Assembly: GCA_032718475.1 (NCBI GenBank)
Contig: JAUCBJ010008784.1
Span: forward strand, 1-64,000
DNA length: 64,000 nucleotides
Origin: Nemertoderma westbladi
Taxonomy: Eukaryota; Animalia; Xenacoelomorpha
Direction: 5' to 3'
Below, piece after piece: positions 1 through 13,830 of the stretch. The first letter of the stretch is position 1. Each line of letters starts with the position of its first letter. The notes beneath the pieces are model-generated. The model had not been told where the DNA came from. It saw only the letters and a list, made by a program, of their open reading frames with translations, and searched no databases. The translations under genes were made by a program, and so were the position numbers.

Positions 1-1622
1 GCAGCCTTTAGTTTGACAGTTAGGTTTATTGAATTTCGAGAAACCGATTAAATCACTAACAAATTGCTTTACTGTATCACGTATGTGATGTATGTGTATA
101 TGCTACACTAAACAATACACGATGTGAATAGGTAATTACTTTACGCTTACGCCTTACGGTTATATAATAAAAACAGAGTTTAAAAATAAGCTACGATATC
201 ATAAAAATATCACTATTTTTAATGAATTAGTAAAATAAGTACATGAAAAATATTTAAAATCGAAGTGTGAGATTAATTGAAAACTCAACTACACTAGTAG
301 CTTGGGGGCTAGAAAGATTAAAAACCATCATGAAACTCCCTTAAAATGATATGTTGTAAGGGATGAAGTATCCGCACTATGGACGTGTACTGCCTACCTG
401 CATTACCATTCACACTACTGATAACCAACCCAATGCTATTCCTGTCGTAGTGCCTGCAGCTTCTCTTCCTTGCAGCTTACCCAACCACTGGCCAGACATT
501 GCTGCTATGGCGACCGCAGGGAATACAGTACACCCTATAGCATAGAGGTGGGTTGATATTAATGGATTCGTCATAGATGCGTGGACAGTTGGTTTAGTTT
601 CTTCTTGAAGGTTATACATACTAATACTATGATAGTGAAGAGTTGAGGCAATGTATTAATTAATGTTGGATTGATGTTATTCATAATAGGAATGGATTCT
701 ATTATAGGCATTATTGTGAAATGGTTAAGTTATTATATTTATAGTCCAGCAGCAGCTCTGAAAAGTACGATCTATCGATCTATGGTTTTCACGATGTTTT
801 TTTTCAAGTATGCTGATTCCCAATCTCCAATTGATTCTAATGCTATAAGTTTGGGTTTTTTTTATTACGAATTAGAGTTAGCGTTATAATCATTCGGTTG
901 GTAGTAGTTCCGACTCCGACATAATTCCTACGATACTATTCCTGTATTTTTATATTTACTTTTATTTTTCTATCTATATTCTCGCCTCAACTTAATTCAA
1001 CTCTATTTTCTATAATCAAATTATAATCTATTGTATTATTCGAATGTCCTGGGACTGGGACACATGTTAGAATAGCAAAAACTAGATATATGACTTTTAC
1101 CTTTTTATGAATCGTTCTAGAATAAACAGATAAAATAATATGTTCTAGGACTTATTTATAAAATATTGGAACAACTAGCTAGTACGTACATGATTTGTAA
1201 CTTTTTTGAAACAAGTTCTAGAATACAAATACCTTAATATACATATATATACCTATAATACAGTATATAATGCAGCTACATTACAGCATGCTGATATAAG
1301 TAGTAGTGGGTAGATCAAATACTTTTACATGGGAAAGTTTTCTAACACAATTGCAAATATTTGAAAATATATGTTGCGTTATATTGTAAAAGATATAATA
1401 TCATTTTGTTCTGAAGTGTGAAAAATATGGAAGCACATCACTGGGGGTTGAACCAGCGCTATGCGATTCCGTTTCGGCCTATTAGGGCACATAAATAGCG
1501 CTAACCAGCTCAGCCACCTTTTCCAGACACTTGCTTGTTTATAAGTCCACCATGACCTACCGGATGCCATTATTGTTATTCCCCTAAATGTTTTAAATCG
1601 AACTTAAACGACCACTACTATT

Positions 1623-1793
1623 GTGGCCCATGGCTGCCATTATAAAACTCTTGATGAAATATTTAAATAAAAAATAAGTGGAAAAAATATCTTGAAAAAA
1701 AAATAAGTAAAATAAACATCTTGAAAAAAATAAGTGAATATCTTAAAAAAAATCTCAGTAAAAAATATCCTGAAAAAAAAGGTAAAAAAAATA
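1623..1793. repeat. Dispersed repeat; inverted copy at 17766-17941
   Basis: gtggcccatggctgcca.tataaaactcttgat...ggtaaaaaaaatac is the reverse complement (with indels) of 17766-17941. Confidence 0.75.
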
Positions 1794-1919
1794 CGGATCG
1801 GATCGCCCAGTTACAAGTTGCCCTCAGTTGTATTTTTTAAACCCCGAGAGTTGTTGATAGAGCCTCTTACTACTTCCGAAATCGTTGATCGTGGTGCCGG
1901 TACCGGAATCTGGCTTTGA

Positions 1920-2350
1920 TTATAAACACTGAACTGCTGAACGATGGCGGAATCTACGAAACCCGGATTCCTAATCCTGTAATCCGAGAAGGCGACGGAG
2001 TCATTAAACGTAAACAATGAAACGATCGCTAATGGACAACGGAGTCTATTCAATCCAGAACGATACGATGGCGACGGAGTATATTACTGTATTATTACAA
2101 TATTAAACACGGAACCTGGAAGCAGAACGATCAGACATTGGCGAGGCAGCGAGGTATACCGAGGTAATCTACAAAACACAGAACGACAAGAAGGCGACGG
2201 AGTTTATTAAACCCAGTACGATATGGTGCATAGCGATAGAGACCGACAACGCGACAACGGTGTCTATTAAACCTAGAACCTGAGACGACGGAGTCTATTA
2301 AACCTCGAACGAAGACGGTCAGACGGTGGAGTCTATAAACCCAGAAACCT
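1920..2350. repeat. Degenerate ~35-45 bp tandem repeat (core acggagtctattaaacc.agaac)
   Basis: Core motif recurs about 8-9 times with variation. Confidence 0.65.
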
Positions 2351-4224
2351 GGAACAATGCGAACGAGGCTACTGTAAAGTTAGACTGGTTTGTGAGATTA
2401 ACCTGCCAATACTAACTCAATAGAATTCGCTTTCTTCGAATTCCTACCAATATATTTAAATCTTAATAATAATTATTCAACATCAATTATTATTTTATAA
2501 GTCTTGTATAAGATTGATAAAGTCTATAGAGCTAACTTTAGGATAATCTGCCTTATATTTTTAGAATTATTATAATTAATTTTGTTATGTTTATAATGAA
2601 TTATAGTGCTGTAGTGTAAATGAATTATATCTTTTGACAGACTACTGTATATGCGCGACCGTGATGATAATGGGAAATGGGAAGGTAAAGGGGGGTGGGG
2701 GGATCGCAATCAATATTCTTCCCTCCTTAGGTGAAAATCGACGAAAATAATAGCTTGTTTACTACTAAAAATAAAACTGTAACCTGTTCTACTGGGAAAA
2801 TTTTAGAAAGTTGTGCCTATTTTAGTCAATAGACAAGATTACATGTTTACCAAGTTTGGCATAATTTAGTCAAAGATTGAATGAGTTACGATTTTTAAAA
2901 TATCAGTGGAGGGTGAAGGGGGCAGGCCAGGGTTCAGTTATACTTGAATAAAGAATAGTGATGTATACTAAACAAAGGGATACGCGATATACTGTATGAC
3001 ACTGCTGTATAAGTCGTCTTCATTATAAGCCTCGTTGTGCTCGTCCTGTTTTGTATTTAAATACATTTCCTAAACGCAGACTGACTTTATAACTACCGAT
3101 GCCTTCAATAGGGGAAGCCAGGTATGGTTTATAGGAATATAGTCTACGCAGTAATCGTCTTCATTATATGCCTCATTGCGCTCGTCGCTCGTCCTGTATT
3201 GTAATAAATTTTTTTTCCTAAACGAAGACTGACGACCTTTATACAGTTATAACAATGCGAAGTTTCGAAAATGTGCGAGTAACTGCTGATACATCTATGT
3301 GGAGATGTGTGATACAACGCCAACGCATCGTATGCCGATGTAGTACAGTAATATGGGTATTTAAATAATATTACAATTCCCCTCTGGTTAAGCTTCAGTA
3401 AAAACTCCCAGCAGCTACTGTAGCTGCTCCACACCCCCGCAGAGACTATATTAACCAATAATGGGCAGGGTTAAATTTGTACTCAATAATTGTGAAGTTT
3501 TAATTACGTTTAGATCAATTAAAGACATTTATTAAAGAAAATCAATCACATGAACTAATTAAAAACTACAATGTAATGGGGTATGGGGATTACAGCTATA
3601 TAACTTTTAAGTATAATTATAAATATAAATAATTAAGTTCCTTTAAAAGGCAGGTTGAAAATGGTGTTTTTACAGTATTCAACTTAATTAACTAATTAAC
3701 TGCTATTATCTTAGCTTCAAGAAGGCCACACGAAAATTCTGTAAAGGCTTTTGCGGAATTAGCTAGTCGCAATACGCCAAAATACTCTTGATACAGTGTA
3801 AGTTCAGATGACGACATCTATCAGCTGATATGTCCACGTGTAACTTTTCCTTTGTTCTTTGTTCGGTCGACCAATCAGAGCGATTTTCTTTGTGTTGGAC
3901 AGTGCATATAGAAACTCACGCAATTCAGTCAGTGTGTATTTTTTCCTAAGCCTAGAACACCGGCTGTGGAATTATTCTGTGTTTCAGACTTTAGCCAAAC
4001 ATTAGAATGGCTTTGATCATAGAAACGTATAACTGTTATCAAACTGGCATACAGCCCATATCATACCATACATACCTTTCACCGCATTATTTTACTGCTA
4101 TTTACTGTCGGTTATTAATTGTATCAGTTGATGGAATATTGTTATATTTGGAGAATATCGATAAATAACCATAAAACCCCAATCTTCTTGATATACTGAA
4201 GGTTAGAGACTGGTTACATATAGC

Positions 4225-6485
4225 TGGACTGGGCAGCCACCTCTCCAGAGTCCATTGATACTTTCAAGTATCGTGTGAAAACTAATCTTGATATGTATAT
4301 AATTAACAACAATTTATTAAACTGTATGGACACTAAATGTTCGGTTCATAATGACGATATTGATATCTTGTACAATAGTGTTGTATCAATTTTAACTACT
4401 TGTGCTGTAGAATGTATTAAATCGAATCCCACTGTAAATTGTAACTCCACCCAGCGCCACATTCCAGGCTGGAATGACCTTGTGGAGGAGAAACACAGTG
4501 AGGCTCGATTAAAATTCCTGTGTTGGAGATCTTCTGGGTCTCCAAGGCAGGGGCAAATATTTTCTGATTACCTAAGTGCTAAGGCTAATTTTAAGCGTTC
4601 CCTTAGGGCGTGTAAACGTGAAGAGGATAATATCCGTAACGGTAAAATAGCGAATTCACTATTGTCTAGTGGTGCATCATCAACCACGTTTTGGTCCAAT
4701 GTGCACAAATGTTGTTCTAGTACAACTGTATTGCCTAATAAAGTGGGCGATGCTGTTGGTCCCAATCAAATTAGCGATCTGTGGAAGTCTCATTTTCACA
4801 CTCTACTGAACTGCGTTAAGGACGATTCCGATAAGGAATTCGTTTCTGAAAAACTTATTGGAACTTCATTTCGTGCAGATTGCATTGTTAGTAATAATGA
4901 AATTTTTGAAGCTATTAATAGCCTATCTATTGGAAAGGCTGTTGGCCCAGACGGGTTACAAGCTGAGCACTTGATTAATGGCTGCTGTGTATCGTTACTT
5001 GATATTTTGGCTGTGCTTATTAATAGTATTTTTGTTCATGGTTATATGCCATCACTCATGATGGAATCCATTATTGTTCCACTTATCAAAGATAAAACAG
5101 GTGACCATACTTGTAAGGACAATTACAGGGGCATTTCAATTGCAACAGGTTTGAGCAAACTTGTAGAAAGCGTTATTTTAGCGCGTAGTTTAGCGCTAAT
5201 GTATACAACTGATAACCAGTTTGGTTTCAAATCCAAACTTGGAACGGAATATTGTATTTACACCCTTAAGGAGATCATAAACTTTTACCTTTCTAGCAAC
5301 ACTCCAGTATATGTGTGTATGCTTGATGCCAGTAAAGCGTTTGACCGTGTCAACCACTTTACCCTACTCCGTAAACTTATATTACGAGGTTTTCCATTAT
5401 ATATAGTACGGCTAATTTTGTTTTGGTATCGATCCCAACTCATGTATGTTATGTGGGGTGGTATTTTTTCTGCCAAATTTATGGTGACTAATGGAACGAA
5501 ACAGGGAGGTATACTCTCGCCGTTGCTGTATAATGTATATATTGACGATCTGAGTAAGGAGCTCACAGAGGCTGGTGTTGGTTGTTATGTCGACTGCATC
5601 AGATTGAACCATATATGTTATGCTGATGATATGTGCCTGATTTCGAATTCTATTTTCGGTTTACAACGGTTAATTGACATTGCCGTTAAATATGCTGATA
5701 TTAATTCAATTATATTTAACACGAAAAAGTCTAAGTGTTTATACTTCCTCCCGAAAGGATCGTCAGTTATTCGGCGCCCTAATGTGTTTCTGTATGGTGT
5801 TGCTATTGAAATTGTAAATAAATTCAATTATTTAGGCCATATTTTACATTGTACAATGGATGATGACTATGATATTCTTAACCAAACTTGTAAGTTATAT
5901 TCTAGAGCTAATTTTATTATTAGGAAATTTAGCGGCTGTGCAAATAATGTAAAAGTGCAATTGTTCCGTGCATTCTGTACCCCGATTTATTGTAATGCCT
6001 TATGGGCTAGGCGTAATTACTCAGATCGTATCCACAGTAAACTTAAAGTAGCCTATAATAATTGCGCAAGGCGATTATTTGGGTTACCAAGAGTTACTGA
6101 TGGACAGACATCGAGTATTTCACTAGCGCTCGGTATGTTGAATATACCATTATTTATACATATCAGATATAGATCAGTAATCAGTCTATTTGATCGTATA
6201 AACAAGATAGATAATACACTATTGCAAGCATTAAATACGGCAGTAGTTAAGATATCACGAATACGTGAAATGAAAGACCCTGTATTTCTAACCTAAATGT
6301 GTATAATCGCGAACAATATGAGTAAATAGTTATTGTTTTTCTTCTTTTTTCTTTTTTCTTTTTAATAATATATTCATAGAAGTTAGTTACCATGTTGTAT
6401 GATATATATATTTTGTGATCATATATATTAAATAATTTTACTATGTGCAATTGCATGAAATAAAGAATATAATATAATAATAATA
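4225..6485 (+). mobile_element. 5'-truncated non-LTR retrotransposon (LINE; clade uncertain, possibly Proto2/RTE-X-like) inserted in the LTR
   Basis: Absent from the other LTR; ATAGC duplicated at 4220-4224 and 6486-6490; (TAA)n tail; RT ORF. Confidence 0.9.
4275..6296 (+). CDS. LINE reverse transcriptase (endonuclease domain lost by 5' truncation)
   Basis: NYRGIS, QFGF, LDASKAFDRV, GTKQGGILSP, YADD, YLG motifs; frame is open back to the insertion junction. Confidence 0.92.
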   Translation: MKTNLDMYIINNNLLNCMDTKCSVHNDDIDILYNSVVSILTTCAVECIKSNPTVNCNSTQRHIPGWNDLVEEKHSEARLKFLCWRSSGSPRQGQIFSDYLSAKANFKRSLRACKREEDNIRNGKIANSLLSSGASSTTFWSNVHKCCSSTTVLPNKVGDAVGPNQISDLWKSHFHTLLNCVKDDSDKEFVSEKLIGTSFRADCIVSNNEIFEAINSLSIGKAVGPDGLQAEHLINGCCVSLLDILAVLINSIFVHGYMPSLMMESIIVPLIKDKTGDHTCKDNYRGISIATGLSKLVESVILARSLALMYTTDNQFGFKSKLGTEYCIYTLKEIINFYLSSNTPVYVCMLDASKAFDRVNHFTLLRKLILRGFPLYIVRLILFWYRSQLMYVMWGGIFSAKFMVTNGTKQGGILSPLLYNVYIDDLSKELTEAGVGCYVDCIRLNHICYADDMCLISNSIFGLQRLIDIAVKYADINSIIFNTKKSKCLYFLPKGSSVIRRPNVFLYGVAIEIVNKFNYLGHILHCTMDDDYDILNQTCKLYSRANFIIRKFSGCANNVKVQLFRAFCTPIYCNALWARRNYSDRIHSKLKVAYNNCARRLFGLPRVTDGQTSSISLALGMLNIPLFIHIRYRSVISLFDRINKIDNTLLQALNTAVVKISRIREMKDPVFLT

Positions 6486-8550
6486 ATAGCAATTGCGACT
6501 TACTTTATATTGGTTTTGGAGTGAATCTAATGCTATTTCATAGGCACTACATGTGTCGGTTGCTGTTTTCCTTATATATGATTAAAATTAGTGAAGGTCG
6601 GCAGATCGGTGTGCAGCATTGTGCGGTAGTGTGCATGAGTGTGATAGATAACAAAGCATCTCCTAAAGAATGCGCTTTATACGTGAATCATTAGCCATCC
6701 CGTTGTGTTTAGTGTAAGTCATAACTCTGTTTACATACTTAGAGCGCCACGTCCTAAAGGAACTGTTAATATTTCCCGAAAGTGAATAATATTTGTCAGA
6801 GATTATATATTAACGATCAATCGAATAATACAGTAGGCCTACACCGCAATAAGGTTAGAGCATCCGAATCCAGTCTCCCGGGTAAATCCAGCGGGTGAAT
6901 GGTCGCGCATAGGCTGGCTTCGGCTAATGTAGTGCATCAAATACTTGTCATAGGCTAAAGTCGATTTATAACCTAGAAGACACCTAAATTTGGCAGGTTA
7001 AACTGCTAAAGGTCTAAAAGCGCGAACAAATTCAACTTGGAAAATTTCTAAACTTTTCCCAATCAACATGTGTACCAAGTTTGGATAGATTTCATCGAAG
7101 ATTGGCCGAGTTATTAACGTTTAAAATTGAACACTGCAAAAAAAAGCGACAGAACGACAGTTTAAAGTACCGGTCGACCGGTAACCAGTAGGCCTGACTG
7201 CCTAGCTACCCGAACCGGTACTTACAGCAGTACAGGTACATCAGTATTATTCAATTTTGATAATTATATACCGGTAGGTCTTAATATTTAATCGGGGACG
7301 CCTGGTTTTTTATTGGGATTTTACTTAGGCCTATTTCTGTCAGTTGTATTTATTTGAAAGTTAATAGTGAGCAGAAGGCGTGTAAGCCTGCTCAGATTGT
7401 ACAGATAATGTACTAATGATGCTGGATTGTTGTCTGGCTGTTGTTAAGTCTGAAGAGATTGCAGTGTGTGTAGAGTATGTCCGATAAAGTACTAGTTAGG
7501 AACGTAGGGGCTTCCAGTGCTGTAAGGTAAATCCCCCCCCCCGAAAGAATAAGTCGTACTACTCGGTTAGAACGCATACTAACTAACCATTTCGGAGTCT
7601 GCATATACTGTAGTTTATTTGGGCTTGATAGTAGTCTGCCAGCATTTGGTCTGTATTTTGTTTGTGTAGTCTGTACGGGTAGCGTAATATTTATTATTCA
7701 GAGTTTATGCGATTATTCGCAACATTCACAAACCCCAAGTTTATTCCTACAGTAATTGTGCTTGTTATACATACCGTTATAGTTAAATTAACCCCGGTAC
7801 TACATCAGGGCTGTTTGGCGTAGGTAAAGACTGGAGATTTTATGCTTTGGTCACTCCGGCAGATACCGTGGTTCTTTTAGCTGTACAAGTATTTTTAACT
7901 GCTAGTTATTTGTTGTATAAGTACTTGTACCTAATTTAGGGTTTAGTGTACAGTGCTTTCCGAAGGTAATTAGTGTGTAGGCAGTATATTTGTGTTGTAA
8001 AGTGGTTAATAGGCACGTTGGCTCTGGTAGGCCGCGGTAATTAACTTCTAGGTAGGAACACTCCGTGATACATAACGTAGTACTTATAGCGCTACGGCTA
8101 TAAGTCGTCAGACGGTGGTATTTTTCCTATCTGGACAACGCAGTATATTTACTACTGCTTTATTCCTTTCAAATACCGTAGTATCCTGTCCGTTGTAATA
8201 ACCAGAAATTCTAACCCTTTGTTAGGCTGGTTTGTAGATTTCTTGTAAAATTAACCCTAAAAATTCATACGTGTAATTTTTGTGTTTATTTAGAGATTGT
8301 AATCTCACAGCATCTGTGTAGAGACTCCTTCCCAGAAATAATAACATTTATTTCAAATATTGACAAAACCCATTAAACGGGTATATATATTATAAATCAA
8401 CTCAAACCGATTTATAAAATAGTAGGCCTGTCATACAACAATTAGGTCTTAATGTCAGTTGGACTACTGCTTAAATAACGGTAATAAAGTAAAGTAAAGT
8501 AACCAAGTAACCCTAAAATTCAGAAATTCAATTATTCTAAAATAATTGAC

Positions 8551-8797
8551 ATACCGGTATTCACGATAGGCTTACTATATATTTATATATATTTGTGCTG
8601 AAATTATATACCGGTATTCTGTAATTAATTCTAGTCTATAATTATACTTATATATACTATAAGTGTAAGCTGTATACCGGTATTCACGATAGGCTTATTA
8701 TATATTTATATATTTGCGCTGAAATTATATACCGGTATTCTGTGACAAACCTAGTCTGTAATAATACTTATATATATACTATAAGTGTATACCGGTA
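8551..8797. repeat. ~105-bp tandem duplication in the BEL leader
   Basis: ataccggtattcacgataggctta...ctgaaattatataccggtattctgt occurs twice. Confidence 0.75.
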
Positions 8798-8935
8798 CTC
8801 TAATATATTGTATATATATCACGTTACCTAGAGTAACGATATCGGTAATTAATTACTAGGCTAACAGTGATACTGAATTATTAGACTTGCTTTAACTGTA
8901 ATTATTGCAGTAGACATTCAACTGTACAAACAAAC

Positions 8936-10972
8936 ATGTCTGACACAAAGCAAAACCTGTCAGACAGTCTCCTAGATACAACCATCTGTGACCCAGACAG
9001 GAGTGTGGAACGTGTGAGACCGAAGTTCAACTCACCTCCTACTGTAAGAAAGATCATCCCTCCAGTAGTGGTATCAGATCCTAGGCTAGTCCAACACCGT
9101 AGGTCTATCATAGGCACTCGGGCCCAAGTCAAGCGTGACCAAGAAGCAGCTGTTAAACAGCAGCAACACTCGAGCCGAGAACTTATTTCTCAGCGGCCTG
9201 ATAGCTCCAGTAGTTCGGATACTGTAGAGCTGACACCCGAGCGCGGAGCAAAGATGGCAGATGCGGTTTATTCGGATCCCCTTCTCATTCTTCCTGCAGC
9301 CGTACTCACTAGGGTATTGATTGCGGTGGAGGAACACCAAATTGATTGGGCGAGAAGTAAGCGATCGACCAAGGACAGTTAGAGTGGCGAGTGACAAAAG
9401 ACACTAGTGATCCAGCTGTGTGGAAGAGGTCAGCAGCAGGATATGTACAGGGATTCTTCAGCTCTTTGGAGCGATTAGAGGGACAACTGTTTCGACAACC
9501 CCAAGGACCTCAAGAGCAGGGAGAGCTGCTTTATCAAGTTAGAGAAAGAATTCTAAGAATCAGACTAATCCTATCGGCCTTTGAGGAAGCTTCGAAAAGA
9601 AGACAAGACACGTCGTTGCAAGTTGCCGTAAAGACTTGGTTCCAGCGGGTGGATCTCAAGGTTCAAGGAACGGCCCAGTGGAAATCTCAGCTGGCTGACC
9701 GCTCAACCCATGAAGAATCAACAGACGCTACCTTCTCCCAAGTGGAAAGTGAAGCGACAGCAGAGAAACTGCATGAGAGGGATGCTATTGACATCTATCT
9801 GTCAGACTATCAACGATTTCTAGGTGACGAAGAGTTGAGGAGATGGCTGGCTGGACTTCGCCCTAATAGTGAAGGAGCCAAGTTTGTTCTGGACGCAATA
9901 GATGCGGAAATGTTAGCTGCGAACCAAGCTAAATTTGATGAAAGCAACCGCATCGCTAGGGTCCAAGAAGAACAAGTAAAGAAAAAACGTATAGAAGACA
10001 GAAAGAAAGCAGCAGTGGCAGTGGCAGCGGCAGAAGCAGAAAGAAAAGCGGCAGATGCAGCGGCAGAGGCAAAAACGGCAGCTGCAGCAGTAGAAGCGGA
10101 AAGAAAAGCGGCAGCAGCAGAGGCAAAAGCGGCAGCTGCAGCAGTAGAAGCGGAAAGAAAAGCGGCAGCGGCAGAGGCAAAAGCGGCAGCTGCAGCAGTA
10201 GAAGCGGAAAGTAAAAGCGGCAGCTGCAGCAGTAGAAGCGGAAAGAAAAGCGGCAGCGGCAGAAGCGGAAAGAAAGATAGCAGTGGCAGAAGCAGAACGG
10301 AGAGCATCTGAAGAGACCACCCAACTAGAGTTGGAAAATCTGCAAGAGAAGCAAGAGTACATAGATAAACAGAGAACAGCTACTCAGTGGCAGATGATAA
10401 GTCGATCCACCCCCAAGCGACAAGGCTTTACATCATCGGATGAAGGCGATACCACCGATCCTGAAGGCGGAGGAAATAGATCTCATTCCACCAGACGCAG
10501 AAGAATGCCTCACCGTCAGAAATTGCCTGATTTGCCCCCAGCTGTTAGAAGGCAACTAGCTAGCACATACTTAGGTAGTACAGAACCCACAGACCAAATT
10601 ATTAAAATAGAAAGACTCCCTACTATAGTAGATGAGCCTGAAATAATTAGGCCTGTTCTCGAAGCCACCCCTTCGGTGATAGAGACACCTGTACTCCCAG
10701 AACCTACCTCTAAATTCCCTTTGCACAGCACAGCATCTACTTTACCAAAGGGTGGAGTAGGTACACGCTGGGATAAGAAAGTGTTATATATGATGGAACA
10801 ACAACGACGAGACCCTACCATGGCTGATCTCATGTCATTCTTAGATGGAGAAGTAAAATTACAGCTCCTAAAGCAGTCCAGAGAGAAGACACCGGAAAAT
10901 AAGGTAAGTGAGAAACCCGTTTCTAGGAGAAAGGTAACACCAGTGTGTTATACAGACGACGGCGAAAGCTAG
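8936..10972 (+). pseudogene. BEL/Pao Gag N-terminal region (broken into ORFs 8936-9382, 9391-10311, 10283-10972)
   Basis: Consecutive ORF pieces upstream of the zinc knuckles; coiled-coil Ala/Glu/Lys repeat; PTMADLMSFL resembles the BEL Gag motif. Confidence 0.65.
10025..10295 (+). repeat. 54-bp coding tandem repeat (AERKAAAAEAKAAAAAVE) with a frameshift near 10212
   Basis: Repeat is visible in DNA and protein; the reading frame switches to a Ser/Gly/Arg-rich tail. Confidence 0.85.
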
Positions 10973-11149
10973 GCTTCTCAAGAAGAGGACAGCGAGAAAG
11001 ACACTGAAAGATCTTACTATGTCAACAAAGCGCCTAAAGACGTAAGTAAATTTAAGTCTCGAACCAATGACAGGAGAGAACAGGTAACAAAAACTCCTCC
11101 TACGTCTCCTAATAGAGTTCATGGAAGAAAGCCCGAGGAAAGAACGAGA

Positions 11150-12929
11150 GTGCACAACGTTACCCAAGGTAAGGTGAGTAACATCAAACCAAAATGTGTG
11201 TTGTGCGACGGGCCCCACCGTTTAAGTGCGTGTGATGAATTCCTGAGGAAATCATTAAAAGATAGACGTGAAGTCATGTGGGATAAGCGGTTGTGTTATA
11301 ATTGCCTCAGACGAGGACACCAACGACGAACCTGTTACTCCGATGCAGGGTGTGCTAAGTGCGGCGCAAAACATCATATCTTGTTGCACACTGAATTCGA
11401 AAGAAACAGCCCGAGTCAGGTAAGTGAGTCCGAACTACATGTCCAATTCAGTGATGTGAACGACACTGATCAAAGTTCTGAGATGGAAGGATTCTATACG
11501 GATGAATTCTCCGACGAAAACGAATCCTGTTACCTAATTAATACCGCAGTGTATCGAGCACTTATGTATGAGAAAGAAACCGATAGTGAGCTCCCCCCAA
11601 CTGCTCCTGACCGACAACCATCTTGGAAAGCACCAACTTCCAATGTAGGAATCCGAGAATTTCCCGTAGTGCAGTTGAGAGTCCACGGGCCTAAAAAGAG
11701 TTATATAGTGAACGCCCTCCTTGACTCCGGCAGCACAGGAACATTCATCGACAAAGAACTAGCCGAAGACATCTTTGCTGGACAACCCAAGTTCCGAACT
11801 AAGTTAAACATGTCAGGAATTATGCAGGTTTGGAAATCTACAGTAATTGCAGATTACTATGTAGGCGCGTTGTCCACCCCCCAGGATGAACTAGGAGAAC
11901 ACAGTATAAGGTCAGTAAAAATGGTGGCGATAAAGAACTTCGCTACCAGCCAAGTGGAACCTTATAACTGGGACGAAGACGATTTCACCCAGCAGCATGA
12001 GATACCTAGATTCAACACCGACTACCCAGGGGTACAGATACTCATCGGCCAAAATGCGCATGAGGCGCTTGAGACATTAGAGAAACGGCCTGCTCGACCG
12101 CAACCATTGCAAACCTATGCGGGAAGAACAAGAGTAGGTTGGTACCTCACTGGACCTTCCCGTAGGACACTCATGGAAAGGCTACCCAAAGATCGGGTCC
12201 ATCAGGAGAGTGAATGGGAAGAAGACATCAGTGAGGGAGAGACGACCACAACTGAGGGAACACCATACTCCTCAGATAATGACGATATTAACTCTAATGT
12301 AGATCAATGGAGACATTGCCCCGAGACGATTAATCTAGCCGACATCGCTTCCAGAGGAGCAACTCCTCAAGAACTGACAGATACTCCAGACTGGTTAGGT
12401 GGACCCGACTTCCTAAGTAAAGAAGATGAATGGCCTCCCCATCTTACCACGGCTGAGATTAGACAAGCCAAGGGAGCGGAGAAAGTCAAACCTAAAACCC
12501 GGACGAGTAAATCAAGGTTATTTAAACCCATGATAGATCTGTCTGTACTACACATTGCCAGGGACGACGCTGTGGATCTAAACTCCCCCACCGTGAATTG
12601 TGGAGATCAGAGAGAGAGACTGGAGATCTGGAACACCAGACGTCTCGCAGGGACTCTCACCTCTCCTGCCGGGAGCGATGGACCACTATAGCTCCTGGAA
12701 TCGGCTTTGTAAGGCCGTCGTGTATTTGAAGCGATGTTTCTATCGTCACTATTCCAGGACGAAGAGGAAACCTGGAATTGTCTTCGAGACGCAGCAGCTC
12801 AATCGCCCAATTGGTCGTTTATGTTTACTGGAAAGAGACAGAGAACTCTCCGGAAACTATGGAAGGCAAGATACTCTTCCCACGACCACTTCCCTAATAC
12901 AACCAACATCTAGGGACTCCCCAACGTAA
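11150..12929 (+). pseudogene. BEL/Pao Gag zinc knuckles + aspartic protease fused to RNase H C-terminal remnant
   Basis: CVLCDGPHRLSAC, CYNCLRRGHQRRTC, CAKCGAKHHILLH; LLDSGSTGTFI; QWRHCP..NLADIASRG..WLGGPDFL..EWP; YSSWNRL; no RT or integrase motifs. Confidence 0.9.
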
Positions 12930-13453
12930 CAGCGTCTGGAGTGGGTGTGTGACTATATTATTTTATATTTGCTTTTATTATTTTATACTTATGTATGTAT
13001 TATTATGTAATTTTATTATAATCGTTTTCTTTAATTTTATTTAGTAGAATGTTATTTTAGCGATTATTTAGTAGATTAGTGCCATATATATTCGCGGTTA
13101 TTACTTAATTACTTATATATTATATATTTAGTGCGACGGCGAGAAATAATTCTTTTACTCTTTCCTTACTGTCCGTATCATATTATAAATACGTGACTAC
13201 AGTAAGATGAAATGTCCGTACTTATTAAAGTACAATAAAGCTCCTACTATATTCAAGTATTATTGGTAAGTAGAGTATTAGGAATGCAAAGTTCAGATCC
13301 TCGTGTCTCGGCTAAACCAAGCTCTGGGTAGACCTTGGAAACGACTTGCCTCTTCTCACTGACATTGCTTCTTGCGATATTGCTCTCATACCGTATATTA
13401 AATAATACATATAGTAGCGTGATGTCCCTTTAACAGTAGCGTAAAACGCAAAA

Positions 13454-13830
13454 TAAATCTGTTAAACCCTTTGACCATCTGTAATTCTAGTCTATTAAGA
13501 TATCGCGGCACCCACCGATATACTTGAAAGACAAAATTCTAGAACCAGTGGTTAACGTCCCCAGACATGTTCTGGAATAAACCGGTGCCCATCTTAAATA
13601 TTAACTATTAATATTTATAAAATCTGTCAAAAAAATACAATAGAGTAACTATTTACAAGTTAACTCTAGAAAATCTATAAATCAAAATCTGTTAAAATTT
13701 AGATCCTTTAACATTCTAGTCGATTAAGATATCGTAGCACTTACCGATACTCTTAAAAGGACAAATTTCCTAGAATTCAGGATAGTCCCCAGACATGTTC
13801 TGGAATAAAATGGTGTCTATTTTAATATTA
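13454..13830. repeat. Diverged tandem duplication (~230-bp period) in the BEL internal non-coding region
   Basis: aatctgttaaa...attctagtc.attaagatatcg...ccccagacatgttctggaataaa occurs twice. Confidence 0.75.

Larger units (their letters stand above)
3740..7028 (+). repeat. Left LTR, interrupted by a LINE at 4225-6485
   Basis: 3740-4224 plus 6491-7028 are near-identical to 16248-17272. Confidence 0.9.

Noticed and set aside
363-889. Short ORFs at the window start
   Set aside because: No recognisable motifs or splice structure
9810-10362. Minus-strand Ala-, Cys- or Leu-rich ORFs
   Set aside because: Antisense shadows of the Gag 54-bp repeat
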